64,000 nucleotides of DNA from Candidatus Saccharimonadota bacterium (GTDB taxonomy: Bacteria > Patescibacteriota > Saccharimonadia > Saccharimonadales > Saccharimonadaceae). The DNA lies in the NCBI GenBank assembly GCA_017514025.1, contig JAFWLB010000002.1, positions 62,346 to 126,345 of the forward strand. Reading direction: 5' to 3'. The position numbers and the translations under genes were made by a program. Shown piece by piece: positions 27,025-36,520 of this stretch. Position 1 is the stretch's first letter. Every line of letters starts with the position of its first letter. The notes under the pieces are model-generated. The model had not been told where the DNA came from, did no database searches, and worked only from the letters and a program-made list of their open reading frames with translations.

Positions 27025-27052
27025 ATGTCGTCAAGTCGTACTTGTACGGCAT
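27025..27052. repeat. 28-bp site B, inverted copy of site A (22/28 identical, same 6-bp spacer)
   Basis: ATGTCGTCAAG-TCGTAC-TTGTACGGCAT; reverse complement ATGCCGTACAA-GTACGA-CTTGACGACAT. Confidence 0.75.
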
Positions 27053-27082
27053 TAGCGTAAAAATCTAGAAAGGATCTAAAAT

Positions 27083-27622
27083 ATGGCAAAAGAAAATATC
27101 AACTCTAAAAAAGGTTTCACGATCATTGAGGTGGTGTTGGTGCTCGCGATTGCGGGTTTGATCTTCCTGATGGTATTTATCGCCCTCCCCGCCATGCAAC
27201 GGAACCAACGGGATACCCAGCGCCGTAATGATTACTCTATGCTTTCTAGCGCAATTACTAGTTACTCTTCCAGCAACCAGGGCAAACTCTATCGGTTGGC
27301 TGGCGCGACTTCGGCGGTGACCGAATCGAAGAACAAGGTTTTGGATGCGAAAACGTATATTAATAAGGAAGGCCAAGATCCAAATGGTAAGGATTATGTT
27401 TTGACTGCTTACACTTGGAAGGGTTGGACGGCAAAGGGTAACTCTGCGACTAGTGCGAATAAGCCGGCAGAATCTACGGTAAACGTGATTGTTGGCGCAG
27501 ATTGTACAGGCTATGATTCACGTGGTTATTCAATACCAAAAGATAATGCTTCTTCGCGAGCGTTTGCTATCTTTGGTTATATTGAATCTGGTAGTAATAC
27601 CTATTGTGCTGATAGCCAATAA
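27083..27622 (+). CDS. Type IV pilin (paralog 3, major-pilin-like)
   Basis: 46-aa N-terminal block identical to paralog 2; AGAAAGG SD; promoter TTGCTT-16-TATGAT at 26986-27013. Confidence 0.93.
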   Translation: MAKENINSKKGFTIIEVVLVLAIAGLIFLMVFIALPAMQRNQRDTQRRNDYSMLSSAITSYSSSNQGKLYRLAGATSAVTESKNKVLDAKTYINKEGQDPNGKDYVLTAYTWKGWTAKGNSATSANKPAESTVNVIVGADCTGYDSRGYSIPKDNASSRAFAIFGYIESGSNTYCADSQ

Positions 27623-27632
27623 AACAAGCTAG

Positions 27633-27662
27633 AAAAACCACTCCTTACGGAGTGGTTTTTTG
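27633..27662. terminator. Bidirectional intrinsic terminator
   Basis: AAAAACCACTCC-ttac-GGAGTGGTTTTTT. Confidence 0.88.
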
Positions 27663-27740
27663 ATGGCGGCGATTCTAGCGAGAGATGATAGCGAGGAAAT
27701 GGGGGTGGACGACGAGTGGAAGTTTTGTTTCCCTGCTGAC

Positions 27741-28946
27741 TCAAGCGGAGACGGAGTTGACGAGAGAGTAAATCGGGAGCAACGTGCCGCCGACGACGAC
27801 GCCGATGAGGCCGGCCATGATGACCATAAGGATGGGCTCAATCATGGTGGAGATGTTGTTGATTTGTTCGTCTAGTTCGTTTTCGTAGACTTGGGCGGCT
27901 TTACCGAGCATTTCGTCGATTTTACCAGATTCCTCACCGATTGAAGCCATCTGGGGGACGAGCGGGAGCATATATTCCCTGTCCTTCAAGGCTTCGGAGA
28001 GAGGTTTGCCACCTTTAATGATTTCGAGAGATTTAGAATATTCTTCCTCGACGACAGTGTTGGTGACGGAACTGATAGCGATTTTGACGGAATCAAGCAT
28101 GGGAACGCCGGTAGCAAGCATCATTTCGGCAGTACGAGCGAAACGAGAAACATAGAGTTTGCGGAAGAGGCCGCCAAAGAGAGGGACATTGAGCTTAAAG
28201 GTATCGGCAACTTTGCGACCGGCAGGAGTCTTTTTGACGGCATACCAACAACCGATGATGATGCCGGCGACGATTAAGATGACAAGCCACCAGAAATTGC
28301 CAAAGAAGCTGGAAATATCAACGAGAACTTGGGTGAGGGCGGGGAGAGTTTCACCCATGTCTTCATAGAGGCCTTGGACTTGAGGTACGACCATGATCAT
28401 CATGAAGGCAAGCACGGCGATAATAACGACGAGAATGATAGCCGGATAAACGAGGGCGCCTTTGATTTTGCTCATCATGGCGGCGTCTTTTTCTTCTTGG
28501 TCGGCGAGGCGTTTCAAAGCGAGGTCTAGAGTACCAGAAGTTTCACCAGCCTTGATAAGAGCGAGATAAACACCGTTGAAAACGTCAGGATATTCCGAAA
28601 AAGCCTCGAAAAGAGATTTACCAGATTCAACTTTGCCGAGAATTTCCTCAATAATAGTCTTCATGGCCTTGGCTTGAGTCTGTTCGGCGACAGTGCGTAA
28701 CGAAGCAGCGAGCGGAAGACCAGCGCCAATCAAAGTGGCAAGCTGGCGAGTGAACATGACACGATCTTTGGACGTAACGTGGCCTTTTTTGCCAAAGAGG
28801 CCGTTACCTTCTTCAACTACAGATTCGGGGATATATCCCTGCTCAATCAAAAGATGTCCAGCGATTTGTTCGGTTTCGGCAGAAATACTGCCTTTGATGG
28901 TTTTGCCGGTTTCTTTCTCTTTAGCTTTGTAGTTGAAACGGCGCAT
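27741..28946 (-). CDS. pilC: Type IV pilus platform protein PilC (GspF family)
   Basis: FTRQLATLIGAGLPL, AGETSG.LD, KIKGAL.YP, IGEESG.ID.ML, IEP. Confidence 0.95.
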   Translation of the reverse strand: MRRFNYKAKEKETGKTIKGSISAETEQIAGHLLIEQGYIPESVVEEGNGLFGKKGHVTSKDRVMFTRQLATLIGAGLPLAASLRTVAEQTQAKAMKTIIEEILGKVESGKSLFEAFSEYPDVFNGVYLALIKAGETSGTLDLALKRLADQEEKDAAMMSKIKGALVYPAIILVVIIAVLAFMMIMVVPQVQGLYEDMGETLPALTQVLVDISSFFGNFWWLVILIVAGIIIGCWYAVKKTPAGRKVADTFKLNVPLFGGLFRKLYVSRFARTAEMMLATGVPMLDSVKIAISSVTNTVVEEEYSKSLEIIKGGKPLSEALKDREYMLPLVPQMASIGEESGKIDEMLGKAAQVYENELDEQINNISTMIEPILMVIMAGLIGVVVGGTLLPIYSLVNSVSA

Positions 28947-28947
28947 T

Positions 28948-30033
28948 TTAGCCCTTTACTAACCTGTTTAGTTCGTTGATATCGACGGCATATTCGCGAG
29001 CGGAGTCGTAGGTAATAACACCGGTTTGGACAAGTTTGGCGAGGGTGCGATCCATAGTCTGCATGCCTTGGTCGGCGCCAGTTTGGATGGCGTTGTCTAG
29101 CTGATGAGTTTTGCCATCGCGGATAAGAGCACGGATGGCAGAATTAGCAACCATGATTTCGGCGGCAACGACACGACCGCCACCGATAGCTGGAACGAGG
29201 CGCTGTGCACAAATGGCCATAAGCATATTGGAAAGCTGAGTGCGAACCTGAGGCTGTTGGTGTGATGGGAAAACGTCGATCATACGGTCAATAGACTGGG
29301 CAGCGGAGTTGGTGTGCAAAGTTGCAAAAACAAGGTGGCCAGTTTCAGCGATAGTGATGGCGGCCTGAATGGTCTCAAGATCGCGCATCTCGCCGATGAG
29401 AACGACATCAGGGTCTTCACGGAGGACGCTACGCAAGGCGGCGGCGAAGCTAAAGGTGTCATAGTGAACTTCGCGTTGAGCGATGACAGAGCGCTGAGAG
29501 CGATGGGTAAACTCAATCGGGTCTTCGATGGTAATAATGTGGGTAGACTTTTCGCGATTGATTTTGTCAACGAGAGCGGCGAGAGTGGTGGATTTACCGG
29601 AACCGGTAGGACCGGTGACGAGAACGAGGCCACGAGGAAAGTCAGCAAAAGTCTCGACGATGGCGGGCATGCCGAGGTCGTTGATGTTTTTAATTTGGTT
29701 GGGGATGAGACGGAAAGCTGCAGCGAGCTTGCCACGTTCGTGAAAGGCGTTAACTCGGAAACGAGCAATATCACCGAAGGCAAAGGAGTAATCAAACTCT
29801 TTGTCTTTCATGAGGATTTTTTGCTGCTCTTCGTCTAGGGTGGCAAAAACCAGGTTTCTGATGGCGTCTTCGTTTAGAGCGGAAGTGCCGGCGATGGGCG
29901 TAAGAACACCATCGACGCGGAGAATCGGCGGGAGACCATATTGAATATGTAGGTCCGAAGCGTTACGACGGACGCACTCTTCAAGTAGAGTTTCGATTTT
30001 TAGTGTTTGAGTTTGTTGCCCACTGTTTTCCAT
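28948..30033 (-). CDS. pilT: Type IV pilus retraction ATPase PilT
   Basis: GPTGSGKSTT, TIEDPIE, LREDPDVVLIGEMRD, AETGHLVFATLHTNSA, AIR.LIRDGK. Confidence 0.96.
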   Translation of the reverse strand: MENSGQQTQTLKIETLLEECVRRNASDLHIQYGLPPILRVDGVLTPIAGTSALNEDAIRNLVFATLDEEQQKILMKDKEFDYSFAFGDIARFRVNAFHERGKLAAAFRLIPNQIKNINDLGMPAIVETFADFPRGLVLVTGPTGSGKSTTLAALVDKINREKSTHIITIEDPIEFTHRSQRSVIAQREVHYDTFSFAAALRSVLREDPDVVLIGEMRDLETIQAAITIAETGHLVFATLHTNSAAQSIDRMIDVFPSHQQPQVRTQLSNMLMAICAQRLVPAIGGGRVVAAEIMVANSAIRALIRDGKTHQLDNAIQTGADQGMQTMDRTLAKLVQTGVITYDSAREYAVDINELNRLVKG

Positions 30034-30054
30034 AATATTATTTTACCACAATCA

Positions 30055-31821
30055 CTATGACAAGTCACTAGCGACACGGTTGACCTCCTCCATTGATGTT
30101 ATGCCTGATAGAACTTTGAGTACACCGTCCTGGCGCATAGTGACGGTGCCTTTCTCTTTGGCGAGACGCATGATTTCATTGGCAGTAGAATGATCGATGA
30201 TTTTTTTCTGGATATCTTCGTCGACGGTGATGGTTTCGTAAAGACCGGCACGACCTTTGTAGCCACCGGGAGTTTCTTTAGATTCTATACCTTTGGCGAG
30301 CATATAATAATTGTCGTTTTTAATGGGGAGACCGGGATAACCAAGGTCTTGGCTAACGGAGGCAGCTTCTTCCTTGTTTTTAGGGAGAAGGTTGCCGACG
30401 ATACTGTTGATGCCTTTGGTTTCGACTTCGGAAGATTTGTACATTTCGCGTTTTTCGGTAATACGGCGAACGAGACGCTGGCCGATGACAACGTTCAAAG
30501 TGGAGGCGAGGAGGAAGGGTTCAATACCCATATCCAGAAGACGCGGAAGGATACCGGCAGCGGAGTTGGTGTGGAGAGTGGAAAACACGAGGTGGCCGGT
30601 GAGAGCGGCCTGCACAGCGAGGCCGGCAGTTTCGGAGTCACGAATCTCCCCGACCATGACAACGTCAGGGTCTTGGCGGAGAATTGACCTCAGGCCGCTG
30701 GCGAAAGTGAGGCCGGCGTCGACATTGACCTGGATTTGATTGATGCCGTCCATTTTGTATTCAACCGGATCTTCTAGGGTGACAATGTTGATTTGTTCGG
30801 ATTTGATTTGCTGAATGAGGGCATAGAGAGTGGTAGATTTACCGGAGCCAGTAGGACCAGAAGTCAAAATCATGCCGTTGGGTTTTTTAATGCCTTCGAG
30901 AACGTCACGAAGGGCACGACCGGACATACCCATTTTTTCGATATCCATGGAGACGCCTTTTTTGTCAAGAAGACGAATAACAACCTGTTCGCCCCAAGTG
31001 ACGGGAGAAATAGCGATACGGAGGTCTATTTCCTGACCGTCAACCAGCACGGTAAACTGACCGTCCTGGGGAATGCGGTGTTCATCGATTTTAAGGGCAG
31101 CGAGGATTTTAATACGAGAAACGAGGGCGGGGGCGACGGTTTTGGGAAGCTCCATGATTTTGCGAAGGACGCCGTCGATGCGGCAGCGGATGATAAGGGA
31201 GTTTTCGAGAGGCTCAATGTGAATATCAGAGGCTTTGGTTTTGGCAGAATAGCTGAGGATAGTGGTAAGAGCCTTAGAAATAGGAGAATCCTCGACGATA
31301 GTTTTGGCATTAGACTTGGGAGTATCGTCGACTGCTTCCCCGCTGCCCTCTTTAACAACGTCTTTAACGCTAGAAATATCGCCGTGGTATTGGTTGAGGA
31401 TTTCCTGGATGCCTTGTTCGGAAGACATCCAAACCCGAATAGGCTGGTTGATAAGGTTGGAAAGGTAGTCGGTGGCCTGGACGTTGGTGACGTCGACCAT
31501 GGCAACGTTGAGCATGCCGTCTTTTTCGCCGAGAGCAACGGCGTGGACGCGGTTAGAGGCGTCGCCGGGAATTTTGGCGAGAGTGTCTTGATCGATAGTG
31601 ATGTTTTTTAGCTCAACATACGGGACGCCAATAATGGCGGCGGTGGCGCGAGCAACCATTTCTTCGTTGATGATTTTGCGATTAATAAGTTCAGAAAGAA
31701 GTGGTTTGTCCTCGGCGTCGACTTGTTGCCAGATGGTGTTGACTAGATTGCGGTCGGCTAAACCCTCGTTTAAGAGGAGCTCGGTAATCCTTCTTTCGGC
31801 GTCTTTAGTAAGGAGTGCCAT
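30055..31821 (-). CDS. pilB: Type IV pilus assembly ATPase PilB (GspE/PulE family)
   Basis: ASDIHIEP, PQDG, GPTGSGKSTT, LRQDPDVVMVGEIRD, GYKGRAGLYE. Confidence 0.96.
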   Translation of the reverse strand: MALLTKDAERRITELLLNEGLADRNLVNTIWQQVDAEDKPLLSELINRKIINEEMVARATAAIIGVPYVELKNITIDQDTLAKIPGDASNRVHAVALGEKDGMLNVAMVDVTNVQATDYLSNLINQPIRVWMSSEQGIQEILNQYHGDISSVKDVVKEGSGEAVDDTPKSNAKTIVEDSPISKALTTILSYSAKTKASDIHIEPLENSLIIRCRIDGVLRKIMELPKTVAPALVSRIKILAALKIDEHRIPQDGQFTVLVDGQEIDLRIAISPVTWGEQVVIRLLDKKGVSMDIEKMGMSGRALRDVLEGIKKPNGMILTSGPTGSGKSTTLYALIQQIKSEQINIVTLEDPVEYKMDGINQIQVNVDAGLTFASGLRSILRQDPDVVMVGEIRDSETAGLAVQAALTGHLVFSTLHTNSAAGILPRLLDMGIEPFLLASTLNVVIGQRLVRRITEKREMYKSSEVETKGINSIVGNLLPKNKEEAASVSQDLGYPGLPIKNDNYYMLAKGIESKETPGGYKGRAGLYETITVDEDIQKKIIDHSTANEIMRLAKEKGTVTMRQDGVLKVLSGITSMEEVNRVASDLS

Positions 31822-32129
31822 TACTGGGTCTCCTGATTAGCTTCGCTAGGTTGCTCTCCCTCTGTAGATTCGTTGTTGGTGGTGCCGTCTATGCAGGCGC
31901 CAGAAGCATCATATTCGGTACAATCGCCAATGAAAATTTCGACGGTGGGGTTAAGAGCTTTGTAGTTGAAAACTTCAGGGTTAGGATCGGGGAGTTCGGC
32001 GCTGACTTCGTTCTCGATGGTCGTGATAGCTACTGGCTCGATTTCGCCGATAAAGAGATTGCAGACGAAATAAGAAATCAGGACACCGGCGACGGCGGCG
32101 ATGATGGCGGTGAATAATTCAGATTTCAT
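31821..32129 (-). CDS. Small TM protein in the pil operon
   Basis: 102 aa, N-terminal TM, translationally coupled to pilB. Confidence 0.7.
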   Translation of the reverse strand: MKSELFTAIIAAVAGVLISYFVCNLFIGEIEPVAITTIENEVSAELPDPNPEVFNYKALNPTVEIFIGDCTEYDASGACIDGTTNNESTEGEQPSEANQETQ

Positions 32130-32131
32130 GT

Positions 32132-33064
32132 TTATTCTTCCTCCTCTGTTGTGGTGTTAGTTGTGTCGGTAGCGGAAGAGTCTGTAGTAGTGGCGGTGTC
32201 GTTGCCGGGCTTGATAGTCTTGGTGGTTTCAACAATGCTGGATTCGTTCATATAGTAAGCGTTGGCCTGGAACTGAAGACTAATGGTGTTGGCGGCTTGC
32301 CATTCGATATTGGCGCGGAGAATATTGAATTCGCGGATAGAGCGCTCGATGTTGGTGAGAGCTCTCATAGTGGTGCCGAAGTCGGCTTCGATTTTGGAAC
32401 TAACGGAAATTTCATTCAAGTTTTCAGCAATTTCGGAAGCTTCAGATGTGCCGCTAGAGCTGATGGACTCTGGCTCCCAGTTAGCAGTGAGGTAGAGTTT
32501 GTTGAGGCTAGCGAGCAGGGCTTCTTCGTTTTTGAAGGCCGGAAGGGCGTCCGGAATGACACGAAGGGCGGAACAGCTTTTGATTAGGCTACTCGCGGCT
32601 TGGAGTTCGGAAGCGCCTCGAGCGTCGCTGTATAGTTTGCTGAGTTCTTTGTAGGTGTAATTTTTTTGAGTGCTGGGATTGATGCAGTTGGAATTATCTT
32701 CTTTGGGGACGGAGCCGAGGGCGGAGTTGGCGGCAAGGTTTTCGAGGATGTTGGCGCGAAGAGTGCCGGGGACTTCGGAAACTTCGATGCTATCTGGTGA
32801 ACATTTTTCGAGCTCGCCATCGGAGTAAACTTGGCCGGAAGGAGATTTACAGACACCGGTAGATTTGATGACGTTAGAATAAGCGGCAATAGATTCGTCG
32901 GCAGCCATGATAACTTTGGTGTTAAAAGAAATTTGTTGCGTAAAATGTGAGACGAGAGAAATGGCAACACCGAGGAAGATGGAGGCACCAAGCACTGCTA
33001 GCAACATGTGTTGCTGGGCTTCTGAGATTTTGGCACGTTTGCCGATTGCGATTTCTTTAGCCAT
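32132..33064 (-). CDS. PilO-like alignment protein
   Basis: TM after a basic N-terminus; 'R.LPDALP', 'NIERSIREFNI' ferredoxin-like region; position after the PilN-like gene. Confidence 0.6.
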   Translation of the reverse strand: MAKEIAIGKRAKISEAQQHMLLAVLGASIFLGVAISLVSHFTQQISFNTKVIMAADESIAAYSNVIKSTGVCKSPSGQVYSDGELEKCSPDSIEVSEVPGTLRANILENLAANSALGSVPKEDNSNCINPSTQKNYTYKELSKLYSDARGASELQAASSLIKSCSALRVIPDALPAFKNEEALLASLNKLYLTANWEPESISSSGTSEASEIAENLNEISVSSKIEADFGTTMRALTNIERSIREFNILRANIEWQAANTISLQFQANAYYMNESSIVETTKTIKPGNDTATTTDSSATDTTNTTTEEEE

Positions 33065-33065
33065 T

Positions 33066-34331
33066 TTAGCCTTCTCCGTTTACGTTTTTAGTATTATCGC
33101 TACAGGTAGTGTCGTTGGCGTCACAGTCAGTAGCACGTTGGCTGAACATGGCCTGGACTTGGAGATAGGAATCGGTGACATTATGGCGACCAGAAGGTGC
33201 AACGGCGAGCATATGAGTGTTGGAAAATTGGTAAGCTTCTGGGGCAATAAGGATGGTGGCAGAAAATCTCAAAACGAGTTGTTCGTCAGCGTCGCGACCG
33301 TTGGTGGCTTCGGAAATGCTGATACCTTCGGTGCTGCCGCCGGGTACAAGCTGACATTCATCATTGGTCTTGGTCCAAGTAGGATTGTCTTCGTCACCTT
33401 CGCCGGTGTAAGTGGTGCAGGCGCTTTCGAAGTGGGCGACGTTGGTGATAGTGCCATCAAGGCTGATGGAGGGCTGGTTGCCAGTGGGGTTTTTGTGATA
33501 CCAATCTTTTTGAGGTGTGCGCCAGATACGGACGACTTGTTGGCCTTCGTATTCTTCGAGGTCATAGCCTTCGGTGGGATTAGTAGTGTCTTCATCGGCG
33601 GCGGGGTTGCAGCCTTCGCCGTTGATAGTCCAGAGAGCATAAATGCTGTTATTATCTTGACTGGAAAGGCCGCGACGACCGGTGTCAGTGAAAATCGCAC
33701 CATCGGAACCGGATTCAATCATGCAGTAAGCAGGGATAGTGTTGCCGTCCTTGTCGACGTAACTACCATAATCGTAGCGCATTTCATCCATACTCTTGCG
33801 GAAAGCTTCGAGTACGGCGAAGTCAATGTAGGGTTCGTTACCAGAGTTCGCCTGAGCGTCAAAGGTAAAAGTAGGTTGCTCCTCGGCGAGGTCGACGTCC
33901 ATCTCGGAAATGGTGATGGTGTCACCGCCGGTCGGCAAGAAAGCGGAGAGGATATTAAAAGTACGAGAGAGGACTTTTTTGTTGTCGGTCAAAGTAGAGA
34001 CGTCGCCGAGCTGATCTTTAATAGTAAGAAAATCATTGAGATCACTGTAAGAAGCGAGTTTGGCAGAAAGATTATCGATGGTGCCTTTTTTGCTGTTGAT
34101 GGCGATTTGCTGGCCACCAGCGGTAATACCAAAAATCAAGGTGATGCCGATGCTGGCAGAAGCGACAACGATACAGATGAAGAAGATGAAATTGCGAAGT
34201 TTCAGGGTTTTAATCATTTCGTTCTTGATATCGGGAACGAGGTTGATTTCGCGATGATATCTGCGAAGAGCACTACCTTTTTTGGGGGTAAGCTTGCTGA
34301 TGATATCGGAAATTTTGAACTCTTTAGCCAT
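33066..34331 (-). CDS. PilN-like alignment protein with large Cys-containing insertions
   Basis: 'EINLVP' PilM-binding motif, TM, coiled coil; directly after pilM. Confidence 0.65.
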   Translation of the reverse strand: MAKEFKISDIISKLTPKKGSALRRYHREINLVPDIKNEMIKTLKLRNFIFFICIVVASASIGITLIFGITAGGQQIAINSKKGTIDNLSAKLASYSDLNDFLTIKDQLGDVSTLTDNKKVLSRTFNILSAFLPTGGDTITISEMDVDLAEEQPTFTFDAQANSGNEPYIDFAVLEAFRKSMDEMRYDYGSYVDKDGNTIPAYCMIESGSDGAIFTDTGRRGLSSQDNNSIYALWTINGEGCNPAADEDTTNPTEGYDLEEYEGQQVVRIWRTPQKDWYHKNPTGNQPSISLDGTITNVAHFESACTTYTGEGDEDNPTWTKTNDECQLVPGGSTEGISISEATNGRDADEQLVLRFSATILIAPEAYQFSNTHMLAVAPSGRHNVTDSYLQVQAMFSQRATDCDANDTTCSDNTKNVNGEG

Positions 34332-35377
34332 TAGTCATTGCTCCTTTCTGATAGGCCAATAGCGACAGCGAATTCGCTGGCGACAGGCGCAAGAACACGT
34401 TGCTGTTCGGGAGTAGTCCGGACGAGCTGCCAAGGGTTACCTTTGACCGTGGGGACGTTGGTTTTGGCTTCAATAAATTCGGGGAAAAGCGGAATCATGC
34501 TAGCATAACCAGAGAGAACGATGCCGCCAACTTTGCCACTGAGATATTTGGTCTGGAAGAAACGGACGGATTTGGTAAGCTCGGAAGCGAAATTATCAAG
34601 ATGAGTGTTGAGGATTTTGAAGACTTGACCTTCGACTTGGTTTTGATCGAGACCAAATTTGAGGATAAATTGACGGGCTTGATCTTCGCGAACGCTAAGA
34701 CCGTTAGCGACGGCCTTGACCAAAACGCCGATACCACCGGGGATGGAGCGAACGAGACGAGGTTGGTCTTTGTAGTTGATAGCAATATCGGTAGATTTTT
34801 CACCAAAGTCGACCACCATGGTAGCATCCATGGCGCCAGGAATATTGAGAGAGCGGGCCATGGCGAGAGGCTCTGGTTCCATGGCGACGATGTTGAGGCC
34901 AGTTTTTTCAATCATTTCCATAGTGGACTCGGCGTAATCTTTAGCGATGGAAGAAACGAGGATTTCGGTTTTGGCCGGGTCGTTAGGGCTGGGGCCGAGG
35001 ATGATATAATCGGCTTTAGCATCGCTAAGGGACATAGGGACGTATTTGTCGAGCTCGTATTTGAAAGATTTAGCGAGTTCTTTTTCGGGGAGAGTTTCAG
35101 TTTCGACAACGGAAGTGAAAGTTTTAGTAGCGGGAAGACCGAGTGCGACGTTTTTAGTCTTAATACCGGCTTGATTGACGGCACCCATGACCGCTTCACC
35201 TAAGCGCTTTTTACCCAAATCAGAAGAGTCCATTGTGAGTTTTTGATCGATGGGGACGTAAGCAAATTTTTGGAGAACCCAACCGTGCTGGATGTTACCA
35301 GAAAGCTGGATAATCCGCATCGAGTTCGTCCCTATGTCTAGCGAGAAGAAGTCGCCCACACCATGCAATAAGTTCAT
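34331..35377 (-). CDS. pilM: Type IV pilus assembly protein PilM
   Basis: LDIGTNSMR, VDFGEKST, L.R.IP.G, IVLSG actin-like fold motifs. Confidence 0.93.
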   Translation of the reverse strand: MNLLHGVGDFFSLDIGTNSMRIIQLSGNIQHGWVLQKFAYVPIDQKLTMDSSDLGKKRLGEAVMGAVNQAGIKTKNVALGLPATKTFTSVVETETLPEKELAKSFKYELDKYVPMSLSDAKADYIILGPSPNDPAKTEILVSSIAKDYAESTMEMIEKTGLNIVAMEPEPLAMARSLNIPGAMDATMVVDFGEKSTDIAINYKDQPRLVRSIPGGIGVLVKAVANGLSVREDQARQFILKFGLDQNQVEGQVFKILNTHLDNFASELTKSVRFFQTKYLSGKVGGIVLSGYASMIPLFPEFIEAKTNVPTVKGNPWQLVRTTPEQQRVLAPVASEFAVAIGLSERSND

Positions 35378-35402
35378 ATATATTATTATAAGCGTTTATG
35401 CT

Positions 35403-35963
35403 TTATTTTGCAAGCTTCAAATGATAAAATCTTTCGCGATTGCCGGTTTTGCCCTTGAGTTCATTGTCGCGTTTACTGATGATGATGAAATTGTTTTGTT
35501 TGAGCCATTGTTCAAAATTTTTAATAATTTCGCGGCGAAGCTTTTCATTTTTGACGACGCCTCTGTTTAACTGGTCGGGGTTGGCTTCGAATTGAGGTTT
35601 GAGCATAACGAGGAAGTCGGGGTGGGCGTCGCTTAGATTCAATTTGGCGTATTTTAAGATTTTTGTTAGGCTGATGAACGAGACATCTGCCATGATAATG
35701 TTCGGACTGGCGGCAAAATCAAAGATATCGGTTTTTTCGTGAAGTTCGACGCGGGGGTCAAAACGAAGGGGTTTTGTCATTTGGTTAGTTCCCTTCTCTA
35801 CGGCGATGACTTTGGTGGCGCCGTGGTCGAGAGCATATTCCGTAAAGCCGCCAGTAGAAGAACCGATGTCGAGAACAATTTTGCCGCGGAAATCAAAATT
35901 AAAGGCGCGAGCGGCGCCTTCAATTTTTTGATAACCTCTACTTTTTGCGTTCACGATACGCAC
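35403..35963 (-). CDS. tlyA: TlyA-family rRNA 2'-O-methyltransferase lacking the S4 domain
   Basis: SRG..K, LDIGSSTGGFT, DVSFISL, KPQFEA, G..GN.E; GTG start overlaps the efp end. Confidence 0.82.
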   Translation of the reverse strand: MRIVNAKSRGYQKIEGAARAFNFDFRGKIVLDIGSSTGGFTEYALDHGATKVIAVEKGTNQMTKPLRFDPRVELHEKTDIFDFAASPNIIMADVSFISLTKILKYAKLNLSDAHPDFLVMLKPQFEANPDQLNRGVVKNEKLRREIIKNFEQWLKQNNFIIISKRDNELKGKTGNRERFYHLKLAK

Positions 35964-36498
35964 CAGTTTCCGTGTCGACCGAGACGACGTCGCCTTCCTT
36001 GATGAACGCGGGGACTTTGATCACTACGCCAGTTTCGAGGGTTGCATCCTTCATGACAGAGCTAGTGGTGTCGCCCTTGACGGCGTTTTCGGTATAAGTG
36101 ACTTTGAGCCAAAGGTTCTTAGGTAGTTGCAAGTTGATCGGGGTGCCGTTATAGAACTGGATTTCCATTTCGTCGCCCTCTTTCATGAAATCTTGAGAAT
36201 CGCTGACCATATCACTGGCTATTTCATACTGTTCAAATGAATCTGGATCCATGAAATAGAACTTTTCGTCGTCTTTGTAGAGATATTGAACCTTGCGCGT
36301 GGTTACTTCGGCGGGTTCAATTTTTTCTTGACCTTTGAAAGTCTTGGGCAGTAGCGCACCGGTAATCAAATTTTTGACTTTAACGTTGACGATGGAGCCA
36401 CCGCGGCCCATAACTTTTTGAGAATATTCTACCACCTTATACGGTTGGCCGTCCAAAGTGATAAGGGTATTTTTCTTGAGATCGGTTGGTCCGTACAT
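35938..36498 (-). CDS. efp: Elongation factor P
   Basis: DGQPY.VV, MGRGG loop, YLYKD, FMD...FEQ, ETG..IKVP.FI..GD...DTETG.Y..R. Confidence 0.96.
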   Translation of the reverse strand: MYGPTDLKKNTLITLDGQPYKVVEYSQKVMGRGGSIVNVKVKNLITGALLPKTFKGQEKIEPAEVTTRKVQYLYKDDEKFYFMDPDSFEQYEIASDMVSDSQDFMKEGDEMEIQFYNGTPINLQLPKNLWLKVTYTENAVKGDTTSSVMKDATLETGVVIKVPAFIKEGDVVSVDTETGAYRERKK

Positions 36499-36520
36499 TT
36501 AAAATCTCCTTTTTTTAATT

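Noticed and set aside
26723-27234. Shufflon or gene conversion through the pilin coding sequences (20-bp inverted identity ACCCAGCGCCGTAATGATTA at 26723-26742 and 27215-27234)
   Set aside because: Surrounding synonymous sites are largely diverged (about 25 of 46 codons differ); six identical codons in a row is plausible by chance, and the site has no internal symmetry.
32907-34334. Long antisense ORFs (475 aa here; also 49752-50723, 12366-13193, 30793-31611, 39171-40019, 34400-35203 and others)
   Set aside because: They shadow well-supported genes on the opposite strand, have biased low-information composition, and are explained by codon bias and strand skew.
35938-35963. Programmed frameshift fusing EF-P to TlyA at CGC-AAA-AAG-TAG
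   Set aside because: The required shift is +1, the heptamer is not the canonical A-AAA-AAG, and an in-frame GTG start explains tlyA.
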